Source: Picochlorum sp. SENEW3 (Eukaryota). From it: a DNA stretch of 64,000 bases. This document shows, piece by piece, positions 42,390 through 53,165 of this stretch. The translations under genes and the position numbers were made by a program. The DNA is taken from NCBI GenBank assembly GCA_034226945.1, contig CP120460.1:434001-498000 (forward strand), written 5' to 3'. The notes beneath the pieces are model-generated. The model made no database searches, had not been told where the DNA came from, and worked only from the letters and a program-made list of their open reading frames with translations. Position 1 is the stretch's first letter. Each line of letters starts with the position of its first letter.

Positions 42390-45300
42390 TTAAGATTTCT
42401 TTGCTTGAATCGCCCAAGAGGGAATAAGACCAGTTTGCTTGTCTGACAGCCTCATAACCTTTGCCCACCCACCTGCGTCAGAAATCAATTGAACGCCATC
42501 TCCAACCTCGACAGTGAGTTCACCTTCCAATTCACCCTCGAATTTGTGGACAATGACATGTTGTACATTCCTGGTGGGGGATCCTGGTGAGGCTGGGGAC
42601 CCAGAGAAGAAATCACCAGACAATCCAGAGATGCTTCTTCGATGGGACCTGCCAAAAGACGTGGTTTCAAACGGATTTGTATCTTCTTGGCTTGGTACAG
42701 CAGCTGATACTCCAGAGTCAGAGTGGCCCCACGGCTGGCCAGATGGCATGCCTTGAACCCCATTGGAGGAGAAGACCTCGTCCACATAGTTGTGGATATT
42801 TGAAGGGGTGGTATCCGACTCCTCAATATCGAGCAAATTCATGGAATCACTCAGATTTGGCACATCATCATCTATAGCGACATATGATCGGGGTACTAAT
42901 CCTTGGTGCCCATTAGGGTCTTTCACGAGGGCCCAACCTTCCAAACTCAGGTCCAACACGTCCACCTCATCGCCTTCAAAAATAGACAGTTCTTCAGACT
43001 GATTTGGAGCAGCAATAAATGTGTGGATCATTTTGCCATGTCGCACAGAGGATGTATCAATACTGGTTCGATGAGGCGTGCCTCCATAATCACTGGATTT
43101 CGGAGAAAACTCTGCTCCAGAAGGCTGGGCGCTATCTACGAATGCATTCATCGTATCGTCACGCCTGACTCCTTGTTGTTCTTCCGCCATAGCTTCCCAA
43201 GCCGCGTGCGATGCCTCGTCCTTGGTAAGCAAAGATTCAATCTCAATATCCTTGTCACGCCTCTTTTCAAACTTTTGGGTGAAATTAAACGAATCGTCAG
43301 TGCCCCCAAACGAGAGGATGCCGTCAATCTCCTTACTTTTCCTCGATTTCAACGCTGAATCGCCATCCTTCTCAAGATCTGTCAAATGAGTCATCTGGTC
43401 GTGGTCTTCGCCCTCGTCATAATACTGGGTGCAAATCTTCTGAGCCTTCACCCCAAGTATATTAAATCCTGATTTCGGCAACGAGCACACAGTATTTTCA
43501 ACTAATACATTCAAATATTGCACTCTCCGCGCGATGGACTCGAGAATTTCCACAGGCCACTCATCCAAGTCATCACCATGCTTGTCCCAGAGGGAGTCAA
43601 TGACAGCCTGACTCCCATATATTTCATCCAAAGCGTGTATGGCCGGCGAGACCACTCCTTGAAGACCTAAAGAATCCTGACCATTTGAGCCCATGGACAC
43701 AGAACGCAAAATCCCATAGCACTGAAGCCTGTATGGCTCCCCTGACCTGATTGCTATTTTTCCAATGGCACGAGCTGCTGCAGATCTCAACTGCCAATTA
43801 CCACCCAGAATAATGTCATTGAGTGCGGATATAACGATGGAAAGAGACGGAGAGCGATTGGAATGGGCATCTATGAGGGTCCTGCGATCGAACTGTTCCT
43901 GTGACAAATCTTCCTCTTCCTCCTCTTCCTCGGTATTTTCCACACTCTCATCATCCTCAGACGCCGCATCATGTTTTGCTCTCAAAAGTATCGAGTCAAC
44001 AACAGAGCCACATTTTTCACCACAAAGCTGATTGGCCATTTCTCCAAGCCACCAGGCAGCTGTTGCAACAAAAGATGTCCACCCTGCATCACTCCTTGCA
44101 GCAGCCAATGCTCTGTGATACAAAGCCCCTGCCTTGGACATGGCACTGGGCGGAAGTGGGCTTCTCAGCGCTGACAACGCCGCCACCAAGGCAGATTTTT
44201 TCCCTGCAGCACTATTCTCACTATCGCATGCAGCGTTCCACAACGCAACCACTTTTTTCAAATCGACAGCTTCCGGAGCAATGCCCACCACACCAGATGC
44301 ATATTCCAAAAAGAGAGGAGCCTGCCCTGGGCATGAACGCGCACATCGCAACACTGCAACGAGTAAAGAATCTTGTGCACCTCCTGATCCACCCTCAGCG
44401 CCAACCAATGTAAACGATGACGCGTGCAAAGACACTGGAAACCCTGCCGCCTGAAGATACAACAACGCTTCAATACATGCTGCCCTCTGCCCACCAGATA
44501 ATGGGCTCTCAATCAAACTTCCCAACTCCTTTGCTAAAATGTTCATAACTCGATCCACTTCGGGGGACGATGCTTGTTTATTACCGCCAGACACTTGAAA
44601 CGCCAGGCATGACTTGGCCATGCACGCAACAATACCTGCTGCAACTGAAAACCTTGCCTTCTTCACAGGCTTGTTCAAAGCAAGCAACACAAGCCTCCCG
44701 ACCAGATCAATAAATTTCAAATTAATCGGCTTTGACTCTGATATACCAGGAATAGTAACCTCGACGCCGGCCTGCGCAATCAACACTCTCCATGCTCTAG
44801 CCCTGCGTTGCTGTACCACAGCATCATCACGCCCCTTGCCCAAACTCGTTGGTCCCAACACGCTTTCACTCTGAGACACCACTCCTCCTGTCAGCGCTTG
44901 CAGCGCTACAAATCGAACCGTATCAGACGGGTCCCTCGAAATCATCAACGTCAACATATCCCAAAACTGCTTCCCACCCTGCGATGTCGGATCCAATGAC
45001 CCCTGATCAGAGTTCACAAGATAGGCACATATTCGTGCCATATGCGTTCGAGACAACGTATCCACCAACGTTATACCACAAGCTGGAGCAACACACTTCC
45101 CCGGACCCTCCTCTCCATACACCTTGATTGTTGAATCCATCAATGGCCCAAGCTCCTTCTGAACAACAGTCGGAGATTTCACCGAAATCTCCTCTGCAAT
45201 AGCAAGCGCATGCCTCGCCCCTACAGGATCGGGACTCATCACCCCTAAAAAGCACGCTCCAGCAACAGGATGACCACGCACTGGCCCTCCACATATCCTC

Positions 45301-46122
45301 AACGCCCCAAACACAGAGTGCTGTAAATCCCATGCCGTTGCTGATGCCGGCTGATCAGACCTCTCCTCCTTCTTCACCTTTGCCCCAGCTTCATCCACCG
45401 CAGTAATCATATCCGTCAAAGCTTTCTGAAACACAGCATTCATCGACGCATCCTGCCTCACAGAGCACGCCATAGTATACAGCGCAGTCCTCTGAATAGA
45501 CGGCATGGCATCCCCTGCCACAGCCATGGCATAACACACATCAACCTCTCGCTTCAACGTCATCCCATCCGGAGCAAACGTCGTCCCAGAATGCTCCAAC
45601 AACGTCGGCGTCCCAGCATGCCCTCGAGACACATTACAACCCACAATATAAAACAAACTCTTCATAATCTGCACATGGGTCCGACACAGTTCCAGACACG
45701 GAAGCAACCGAGACACCACATCCGCAGGATAGTACTCGAACAAGTACAATCGATGCAACAGAGACACAAAATACTCCCTATACTTTCTATCCTTGTATCT
45801 ATCAGGTGCCTCGAGCAGTGCCTTGGCAACCTCTGAAAAACTCATCTACACCAAACCTTGACCTCAGACACATCACACATGCGTACTTGTTGTACTAATA
45901 AACACATACCATACCACCCTCGCCCGCCATCGTCCTTGCATATAAACTTAACCGAGGTTCAAATCCCAATTGGATCTGTTCCTGTTCTTCAGCGAGACCC
46001 TCCTGCGTTTTACTTTTCAATAGAGCAGGAGATGATTTTACCCCTACAGATTCCAACAATCGATCCCTCATCGACCCACCCCTCTTTGAAAGAGAGGCCT
46101 TGTTTTTTGGTGTATTCGTCAT
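42390..46122 (-). CDS. TASH3: TPLATE-complex subunit TASH3-like: solenoid plus two C-terminal SH3 domains; 2 exons (46122-45910, 45845-42390), 1222 aa
   Basis: IAIRSGEPYRLQ motif; SH3-1 ELSIFEGDEVDV..GW...GLVPRSYV; SH3-2 ELTVEVGD..GW...GLIPSWAI; phase-0 intron GTATGT...TAG. Confidence 0.7.
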
Positions 46123-46218
46123 GGCCGATCCTGAATCGTCTCAATCCGCCAGAATATGAGGCATAAATCAATCTTCTGTATACATATGTGGTTCTTCTAT
46201 ACTAAAAAATTATTAATA

Positions 46219-47226
46219 TTATTCAGCAGACTGGAAGGTTCGTGAATCAAATCCAGAGTACGCTCCCTGGAGCAACATGTCGATATTGACATGGGTCATG
46301 TCTCGAAACACGGCAAGGGCGTCATCAAACTCTTGATCCTTGGTACTGGATGTGTACGTGATGACACAGGACATGCCAGCACCTGTGGCTGCTTGAAGTC
46401 CAATCACCGAGTCTTCGATGACCAAGCATGAGGATGGATCTGCACCCAGGCGTGCAGCAGCCTCATTGTAAATCATGGGGTCTGGTTTCTTGGCGGTGAC
46501 ATCATCTCCGGCCATGAACAGATCCAATTGCTGGAATCTCTCTTTTCCTAACAGAGACTCTAAGACAAAGATGACGGCTTCCTTGGTCGCAGCGCTGCAT
46601 ACCGCCACGGGGATGCCTCTGGCCCTGGCCTCATCCATGATTCTCTCAATGCCTGGTCTGGCAGCCACGCCATTCTTGATAATATCCTTGTACTTTTGTG
46701 TCTTCCAATCCTGGAGAGTATCAATCACCTTTTCCTTCTCTTCATCTGTTATTGGGGCGTTTCCTCCTTCGAGAATGGTGGTTGTGGGCCATCCGTGCTT
46801 GCCGAAATACCATCGCATCTTTGGCTTTCCACCTCCCACTGTGTTTTGCAAGACATCATAGAATTCCTCCGTCCATACAAGAGGCCCGTCCTGCCCTGGA
46901 CAGATGACGTTGAATTCTTTAAATGCTGCATTATACGCTTCTCTGTGGATTCCTTCGGATTCGACAATGACGCCATCGCAATCAAAGATTAAAGCCTGCA
47001 CAGGAGTAGAGCCTGTGGAGGAGGGTTCCTGTGTTGCGGGAGATGCCATCATCATTGCAGTGCGATTCGCCGTCTTCTTCGGTATACAACCATATATGGT
47101 TGTATTTGTCCCGAATCTACTCATTCTATGGCAAGACCCTGCTACCGAGCTCTGGATCATGTTGTAATTCCTACCACATGTCTCGCCATCCAAACAAGGC
47201 AATCTCGCCAATCGCATTGTCATCAT
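46219..47226 (-). CDS. CBBY: Plastid HAD-like hydrolase, CbbY family (At4g39970-like)
   Basis: ALIFDCDGVIVESE, VGGGKPKMRWYF..GWP, AGDDV..KKPDP, VIEDSVIG. Confidence 0.85.
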   Translation of the reverse strand: MMTMRLARLPCLDGETCGRNYNMIQSSVAGSCHRMSRFGTNTTIYGCIPKKTANRTAMMMASPATQEPSSTGSTPVQALIFDCDGVIVESEGIHREAYNAAFKEFNVICPGQDGPLVWTEEFYDVLQNTVGGGKPKMRWYFGKHGWPTTTILEGGNAPITDEEKEKVIDTLQDWKTQKYKDIIKNGVAARPGIERIMDEARARGIPVAVCSAATKEAVIFVLESLLGKERFQQLDLFMAGDDVTAKKPDPMIYNEAAARLGADPSSCLVIEDSVIGLQAATGAGMSCVITYTSSTKDQEFDDALAVFRDMTHVNIDMLLQGAYSGFDSRTFQSAE

Positions 47227-47272
47227 GATGATGGAGACGTTGTATTTTACAAATGAGTAAATAAAAAAACAA

Positions 47273-48283
47273 TTAATGGATGTATGATTTCTTTCCCCCA
47301 GCATTCCGGAGGATATCACACCGATTGCACGAGTACAGGCATTCGCCTGGATTCAACGAGTCACCAACCATGAATGACGCATTCTTCTGGCATTCCCCTT
47401 GCTCTGCCCATTCGGCGCACTTGACATGGTTATCACCGCACCCATTCTCACCTAATACTTTATTCAAGTGCTGTTTGACTGAGACAGGAGCCTCATCTCC
47501 AGAAGACACGTGGCCCACATGGATCCACTTTGGTGCAGACCATTTCACTCCCTTGATCACAGGGCAGGCTGTGTGGAGACTTCGGCGTTCCAATTCACCA
47601 TTGGGTTTGATCGAATGGAAAAGCACCGCATCTCCTTTTCTCGGTTTGGCTGCTAAATGATGTCGCGCGCATGCAGAGTAGTCTGGCCCGTTGTCACCGT
47701 TTGGTGCTGGGATGTTTGGGAACACTGTCTCGCCTCCTTCCTCCACCGTGTTGAGGTACATCAATACTGTGGCAAACCTATTCCCTCCATTCTTCTCTCC
47801 ATTCTGCTCGTCGAAAAAGTAATCGAAATGTCCGTCGTATTTTTGCGACTTATCATATCGGAGGATCTGCAACCCTTCCCCATTTCCCACAGGAAGCAGT
47901 GTCCACCTGGCAATTCGCCGCTCAATCTCCTGTACCCATTCGTCCTGCCCTCGCCTCAGGAATGTGCCTCTGCTCGTCCTGACATCACTCACACTGCTCT
48001 CTCCCTTTTTATTGGAAACAACACCAGATCGTTGGAGGTGGTCTTGCGCGAGGTTGACCAGATGGTCGCATTCCTCTTCAGTCAAAAAGTTTTCAAACAG
48101 AAAGATGCGCGCATCGTCATCCAACACCTGCATACGCGGTGTCTTGTCTCTCTTTGTCATAGCATGGCTCGAGTGTTTTACTGGACCCAATCGTTCTGTT
48201 TCGCCTGGAGCTGATCGGCCAGAGACAACAGCAACAGCCAGTGTGATTGACAAGAGAAGCAGGAATAGAAGGCGACCAAGCAT
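47273..48283 (-). CDS. P4H: Prolyl 4-hydroxylase with C-terminal ShK-like domain
   Basis: Signal peptide, SDVRTSRG, GEGLQILRY, HFD, GGNRFATVLMYL, LHTACPVIKGVKWSAPKW, Cys-rich tail. Confidence 0.93.
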   Translation of the reverse strand: MLGRLLFLLLLSITLAVAVVSGRSAPGETERLGPVKHSSHAMTKRDKTPRMQVLDDDARIFLFENFLTEEECDHLVNLAQDHLQRSGVVSNKKGESSVSDVRTSRGTFLRRGQDEWVQEIERRIARWTLLPVGNGEGLQILRYDKSQKYDGHFDYFFDEQNGEKNGGNRFATVLMYLNTVEEGGETVFPNIPAPNGDNGPDYSACARHHLAAKPRKGDAVLFHSIKPNGELERRSLHTACPVIKGVKWSAPKWIHVGHVSSGDEAPVSVKQHLNKVLGENGCGDNHVKCAEWAEQGECQKNASFMVGDSLNPGECLYSCNRCDILRNAGGKKSYIH

Positions 48284-48683
48284 GCTTCTTTCTTGCTTCA
48301 GCCTGATGTATTTCTATCAAAGGAGAAAGAATACGTGTTTTTAGTACGTATAATATTTTTAAATACGAGCACGTGTGTATCAGCAGTCTCGTTGATCAGG
48401 AGCGACGACGATGAAAAAAATGGGTCACGTGACCACGACAGGGGTGGTTGGTCATCCACGTCAGCAGACGTGTTTTATGTTTTACTTAATTCCGATGTCG
48501 GGTATATAGATACGATACCACCCACCTCGGATGGATGCCATGGGCACGCATCCAGTCTAGTACTATTCGTGATATGGATTGACGAAGAAGAGAAGAATAA
48601 AAAAAAGTCGTGGTCGCGTTGCAGTAGTAGTAGTAGGATAACAAGGTAATTGGCGTCATCATGAGGCTATTTTGAGAAAAAAG

Positions 48684-49679
48684 ATGATGCGCATGTTGAC
48701 ACGAGGTCTCGAGACGAGAGCAGTGTCTGTGTGGCAGCAGGCTGGTACAGCCACGTCGTTTTGCATGTACACCACGAGTGCATGGTATTCTAGCATCATC
48801 AGTAGAAGTTCTTCTACGAGTAATACTACAGAGTATACCTCGTCGAGTAGAAGCGCAGGGAGTACTAATTCTCTAGGAGAAGAAGAAAAAGATGGGCAGC
48901 ATGATAGGAATGCTCGTATACTGGAGTCAATAGCATTGTTGGATGAGCACGGACATCCTCAAGATGGTACAGGGAAGGATGTATCATCGTTGATGGGAGA
49001 GAGGGAGCGAGGTGTGCCCTTGACTGGGTTTCAGAGGGGTTTGCTGAGCATCTTGTCATCGTGGGGGGCTTTTCGGGATCCCAGGAGGGCTGATTTGGTT
49101 GCCATCGTTGGAGAAGTGACTGGTGAGAAGGCGCTGTCGTTGATTCGTGATAGGATGCGGAGGAGTGAGGAAGGAAGACGGGTGTTGGAGGAAAGGCCTC
49201 GTGTGACGGATGCAGCAACGCTGTCTCGGGCGCAAGGGATGCCCCCTCACACGTTTGGCGGTGCGTATGCATCGTTCATGGACACAAGGGGGTTTCATGC
49301 GGATGAACGACCGGCTGTACGGTTTATAGATGATCCTGAATTGGCATACGTCGCGGCTCGAATGAGAGAGGTGCACGATTTTTGGCACGTGTTGTTTGAT
49401 TGCCATACAGATGTGTTGGGGGAGGCTGCCTTGAAGGCTGTGGAGTTTATGCAAACTGGTATGCCAATGACTGGTATGGCAGTGATTGCAGCGGAATGGA
49501 GGTTATCGAGACCAAAGAGGAAGATACTAAATACGGTGTATTTGCCATGGGCTGTTCAGGCTGGGGCACAGGCAGCTGATTTGGCCTGCCTGTATTACGA
49601 AGAGCATCTGCACAGGGATTTGAACGATGTACGAGAGGCCTGGCGGATTTTAAAACAACCCATCCCTCCGGATTCCTAA
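48684..49679 (+). CDS. COQ4: Ubiquinone biosynthesis protein COQ4
   Basis: DPRRADLVAIVGE, RMREVHDFWHVLF...GE (HDxxH-x11-E motif), QTGMPM. Confidence 0.93.
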   Translation: MMRMLTRGLETRAVSVWQQAGTATSFCMYTTSAWYSSIISRSSSTSNTTEYTSSSRSAGSTNSLGEEEKDGQHDRNARILESIALLDEHGHPQDGTGKDVSSLMGERERGVPLTGFQRGLLSILSSWGAFRDPRRADLVAIVGEVTGEKALSLIRDRMRRSEEGRRVLEERPRVTDAATLSRAQGMPPHTFGGAYASFMDTRGFHADERPAVRFIDDPELAYVAARMREVHDFWHVLFDCHTDVLGEAALKAVEFMQTGMPMTGMAVIAAEWRLSRPKRKILNTVYLPWAVQAGAQAADLACLYYEEHLHRDLNDVREAWRILKQPIPPDS

Positions 49680-49700
49680 TTTATAAATTATTTGTAAAGT

Positions 49701-50739
49701 ATGACTCGAGAGGATGAGTTGATTGGGGAGCTTCAGCGTGAAAAGCACCTGAGGCAGTTGGACAATCAAGAACGATCGAAACTCAAAGTACGCGGGGTAT
49801 TGATCGATCTGATGTCAGTTACTTTTTATTTACTTCAATTATTGCATTTTACAGCATGCTAGGGATGAATTAGCCTTGCGTGTGCTCGAGTTGGAGGAGC
49901 AGGTGGGCAGACTGGTGGAACAGGATACGACGGACCGGGCCAATGGTGGCGATGCGAGTACAAGTACGCATGACCATGATCGGAATGGTGATGGAGAGGA
50001 GGAGGATGAGATGAGCGCGTTGCAAGCTGATGTCGATATTCTGCTGAGTGAGGTGGAACAGGAACGGAGGATTACGGCAGAATTGGAAAAGATGGTTCGG
50101 GCAAAAGACAAGACTATTGCGACGTTGGAGAAGAAACTGGCTGCGTCAGAGGATAAGGTTGCTCGATTGAAAGGAAAGAATAAAAAGGTGGAGGAGGAAT
50201 TCGAGTATGAGGAAATGATTGAAGAGCTGAAGAAGAAAGTGTCTGTGCTGACACAGTCTCAGACACAGTTGATTGAATCCTTGGATGCGAGTGCGGATGA
50301 ATTGGACAGGATGTCCAAGGAAAATAAAGCTTTGTGTGATGCAGTAGAGCGGTTGAAGGATTCGTGTGATGCTTGGGAGAAACAGGTGCAGGAAAATATT
50401 GCTCTGACCTGTCGTCTCAAGGATTTGTTGGAGGAGGGGTCACAGTGGATTGTGCCCAAAGGGGCAGATGGGGTGTCGATTCCTCGAATCACCAAATCAC
50501 ATAGGACGACAAGCGAGGAAGAAGTTGGTATATTACGGGAAGAGTATAATAATGTATTAGTGCACTACAAAGCGTTAGAGGGGAATGTGTCACAGTGGCA
50601 GACCAAATGCGCCGACCTGGAGATTCAAGTCATGGCCTTGTGTGCAGAAATCAACAGACTGCACACGTATAGTTCGAGCGTTGAATCGTCCATCATACCA
50701 ATACTGACGGATATAGAATCAAAGTTACAGCGGAATTAA
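49701..50739 (+). CDS. Coiled-coil protein of unknown function, 2 exons (49701-49787, 49855-50739)
   Basis: Heptad-rich E/K/L composition; phase-0 GTACGC...CAG intron links an upstream ATG exon. Confidence 0.7.
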
Positions 50740-51821
50740 GTATCATGTTCTGCCTCTGGCTTTTCCTCCTCCTTTGGCTGGAGCATTGAAATTTCCTGAA
50801 TAATGACTGCTTTTTCCTCCAAGAATTGTTGGTCTGTTCTGTCCACTTGGAAGTCCTCGAAATATTGTAATAATTTGTCCCTATTACTGAGTAAAATATC
50901 AGTGACAGCTGGTGATTTGTTCGGATTTGCCACGAATACTTTGAACACATGAAATGCTTCCCACTGTATAGACTTGGCAGAGGATTTGAGCAGATTCATC
51001 ATCACCTTTAAATTCTCTGGATCTGCCACATATTTCACCAGCACGCGCACATTAGCGCGCTCTAACAACATCTCTCCTAATAATTTCACGCTTTGCCTCC
51101 TCGTGAAGTAGTTTTGAGACTCTAACAACTTGGAATACTCGTGCATAAACTCGTCATAATGCTTGATCAAATAGGAAGCTGCCATGGTCTTGTGTCGTGT
51201 CAGCAAATCCTTAAACGTCGTGAACGAGTCAGATGCCATCTCGAATTCCGTATCATGAAGTTTCTCGAACAATTCAAAGAACATATCAGACTCCAGCACG
51301 TATTTCGCAATCTCCTGGTGCCGTATGCATTCTCGAAACATTTCCTGACAGTTGATTCCAATTTCCTGGCTGGAAAACCCATCGAACAGCGTCGACAATA
51401 ATTCTACATGCTGCAATACATATTCTTTTCCTGGGCAGTAGCCTCCTGTCGCGTGTCCTTGATGAGAACCGGCGTCGCTAGCGTCTCCGCCAGCTGCTGG
51501 CTCTTCCAGGCGAAGAATGCTCCCAAAGATCTGAGCCACGTCCTTGCGGGTTTCAAAATCCAGCATGCCCAAACAATCCACCATTTCAGATACCAATTCT
51601 GTTTTACAAGCTTCTTTGGCTATGAGAAGCGCAGACTCTTTGCTACACTGCTCGCCATCCCCGAACATGAGTTCCTTTATCCCCACCATCAATCTCGATA
51701 TTTCCTCGACGATTCTATCCTGTGAACTCTCATATGGTAATCGGAGAAAGGCTTGATGCGCTTTCGCAGCCAATTCAGCCGGGTTTTTCACCCGAAGGCG
51801 TTGGAACAGTCGACTCGCCAT
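50736..51821 (-). CDS. MO25: MO25/CAB39 scaffold protein
   Basis: LDFETRKDVAQIF, FKDLLTRHK, NYFTRRQSVKLLGE, EAFHVFKVFVANPNK. Confidence 0.94.
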   Translation of the reverse strand: MASRLFQRLRVKNPAELAAKAHQAFLRLPYESSQDRIVEEISRLMVGIKELMFGDGEQCSKESALLIAKEACKTELVSEMVDCLGMLDFETRKDVAQIFGSILRLEEPAAGGDASDAGSHQGHATGGYCPGKEYVLQHVELLSTLFDGFSSQEIGINCQEMFRECIRHQEIAKYVLESDMFFELFEKLHDTEFEMASDSFTTFKDLLTRHKTMAASYLIKHYDEFMHEYSKLLESQNYFTRRQSVKLLGEMLLERANVRVLVKYVADPENLKVMMNLLKSSAKSIQWEAFHVFKVFVANPNKSPAVTDILLSNRDKLLQYFEDFQVDRTDQQFLEEKAVIIQEISMLQPKEEEKPEAEHDT

Positions 51822-52151
51822 TCGGAGTCTGTCCTCCTCCAAGAGTAGCTTCTCTTACTCCACCAGTTTCCTTGAGCAATATAGAATAATTCTACTGAGC
51901 TAGATGCAGCATGTATCGGGGGAATGATGCTGATTGCTTGAAGAATGTAGACTACAGGTAGGGGACAGCGTATTTAACACAAGAGGTCCTATCAATTGGG
52001 TTGAGTGACCGATGATATTGGTCGATTTGTCAAGTCGCATTGGGAGACACGTGTGGCCATGATTGTACCTCAACGCCGTGGTGGCCAGTTCTCGTCATTG
52101 AAGAATATTGGGTTTTTCGTTGCGATTGCATAGCGCTCTGGAGACGTGACG

Positions 52152-53165
52152 ATGGTGACGGTTCACAACAACCGCTGCGGTGCCTTGTCAACGGCAGGGC
52201 AGAGAGCCTTGGCTGGTATGCGGGCGAGGCGAGCCAGCACGGTGTATCGATCTGCATCCAAAGATACTGGTATTGCAACGGAGTCGAATGTGAGAAGAGA
52301 AGCGAATTCCACAGGGCCAGAGTTGGTCTGTCCAATTTGTCACAGGCCATTGAGAGTTGCTGATGCATACACCAGTTCAGCCTCAGGGTTATCCTGTGCG
52401 GCGTGCAATAGAACATTTTCCGGTGGAAACAATGGCATACAAGATTTGACTCTGGTGTCTGGTCTGAGCAGTAGATCGTTCGAGAAGAGAGGGCCAAATA
52501 GTGTGGAGATTTTCAAAAGCCCAGTGGTCTCTGGTATTTATGAGAGAGGATGGCGCCAAAGCTTCTCTTGGGCAGCCTTTCCTGGGGTCGATATTGAGGC
52601 CGATATGGCCATGAATGTATTACGACCAGTCTATGGCCAAGTGCTTGTCGATATGTCGTGTGGCAGTGGACTGTTTGCTCGGAAGTTTTTGCAGTCTGGA
52701 AAATTTTCTCACGTTGCTGCAGTAGATTTTAGTCCTACAATGCTCCAGGAAACGCAGCAGAATTTTAAAGCAGCGTCCATAGATCCTTCTCGTTATTCAC
52801 TCGTCCAAGCAGATGTGGCGAGACTTCCGTTCCAGACCGGTTCAATTCCTGGGATTCATGCAGGTGCAGCAATCCATTGCTGGCCAGAACCGTTGTTGGC
52901 CATGGCTGAAATGAGCCGAGTGCTCTCTCCAGGAGGTATTTTTGTTGGCACGACATTTTTAAGCTTTGTTGCTCCGCTCGGAGAGTTCTTTGGGAGTGAT
53001 GACGTGTTCAAACCGCTCAGAAGTGCAGAACCCCGTACCAATGATTTTAGATGGTGGAATGAGGATGAATTACGAGACCTATGTGCTGCAGCTGGTTTGG
53101 AGAACTTTACAGTGGTAAAAAGACAGTTTAGATTCATCATGTTTTCATGCCAAAAGCCGTTGTGA
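52152..53165 (+). CDS. Plastid (plastoglobule-type) SAM methyltransferase with zinc ribbon (At1g78140/At2g41040-like)
   Basis: CPIC...CAAC, YERGWRQSF...FPG, DMSCGSGLF, ADVARLPF, HAGAAIHCWP. Confidence 0.85.
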   Translation: MVTVHNNRCGALSTAGQRALAGMRARRASTVYRSASKDTGIATESNVRREANSTGPELVCPICHRPLRVADAYTSSASGLSCAACNRTFSGGNNGIQDLTLVSGLSSRSFEKRGPNSVEIFKSPVVSGIYERGWRQSFSWAAFPGVDIEADMAMNVLRPVYGQVLVDMSCGSGLFARKFLQSGKFSHVAAVDFSPTMLQETQQNFKAASIDPSRYSLVQADVARLPFQTGSIPGIHAGAAIHCWPEPLLAMAEMSRVLSPGGIFVGTTFLSFVAPLGEFFGSDDVFKPLRSAEPRTNDFRWWNEDELRDLCAAAGLENFTVVKRQFRFIMFSCQKPL

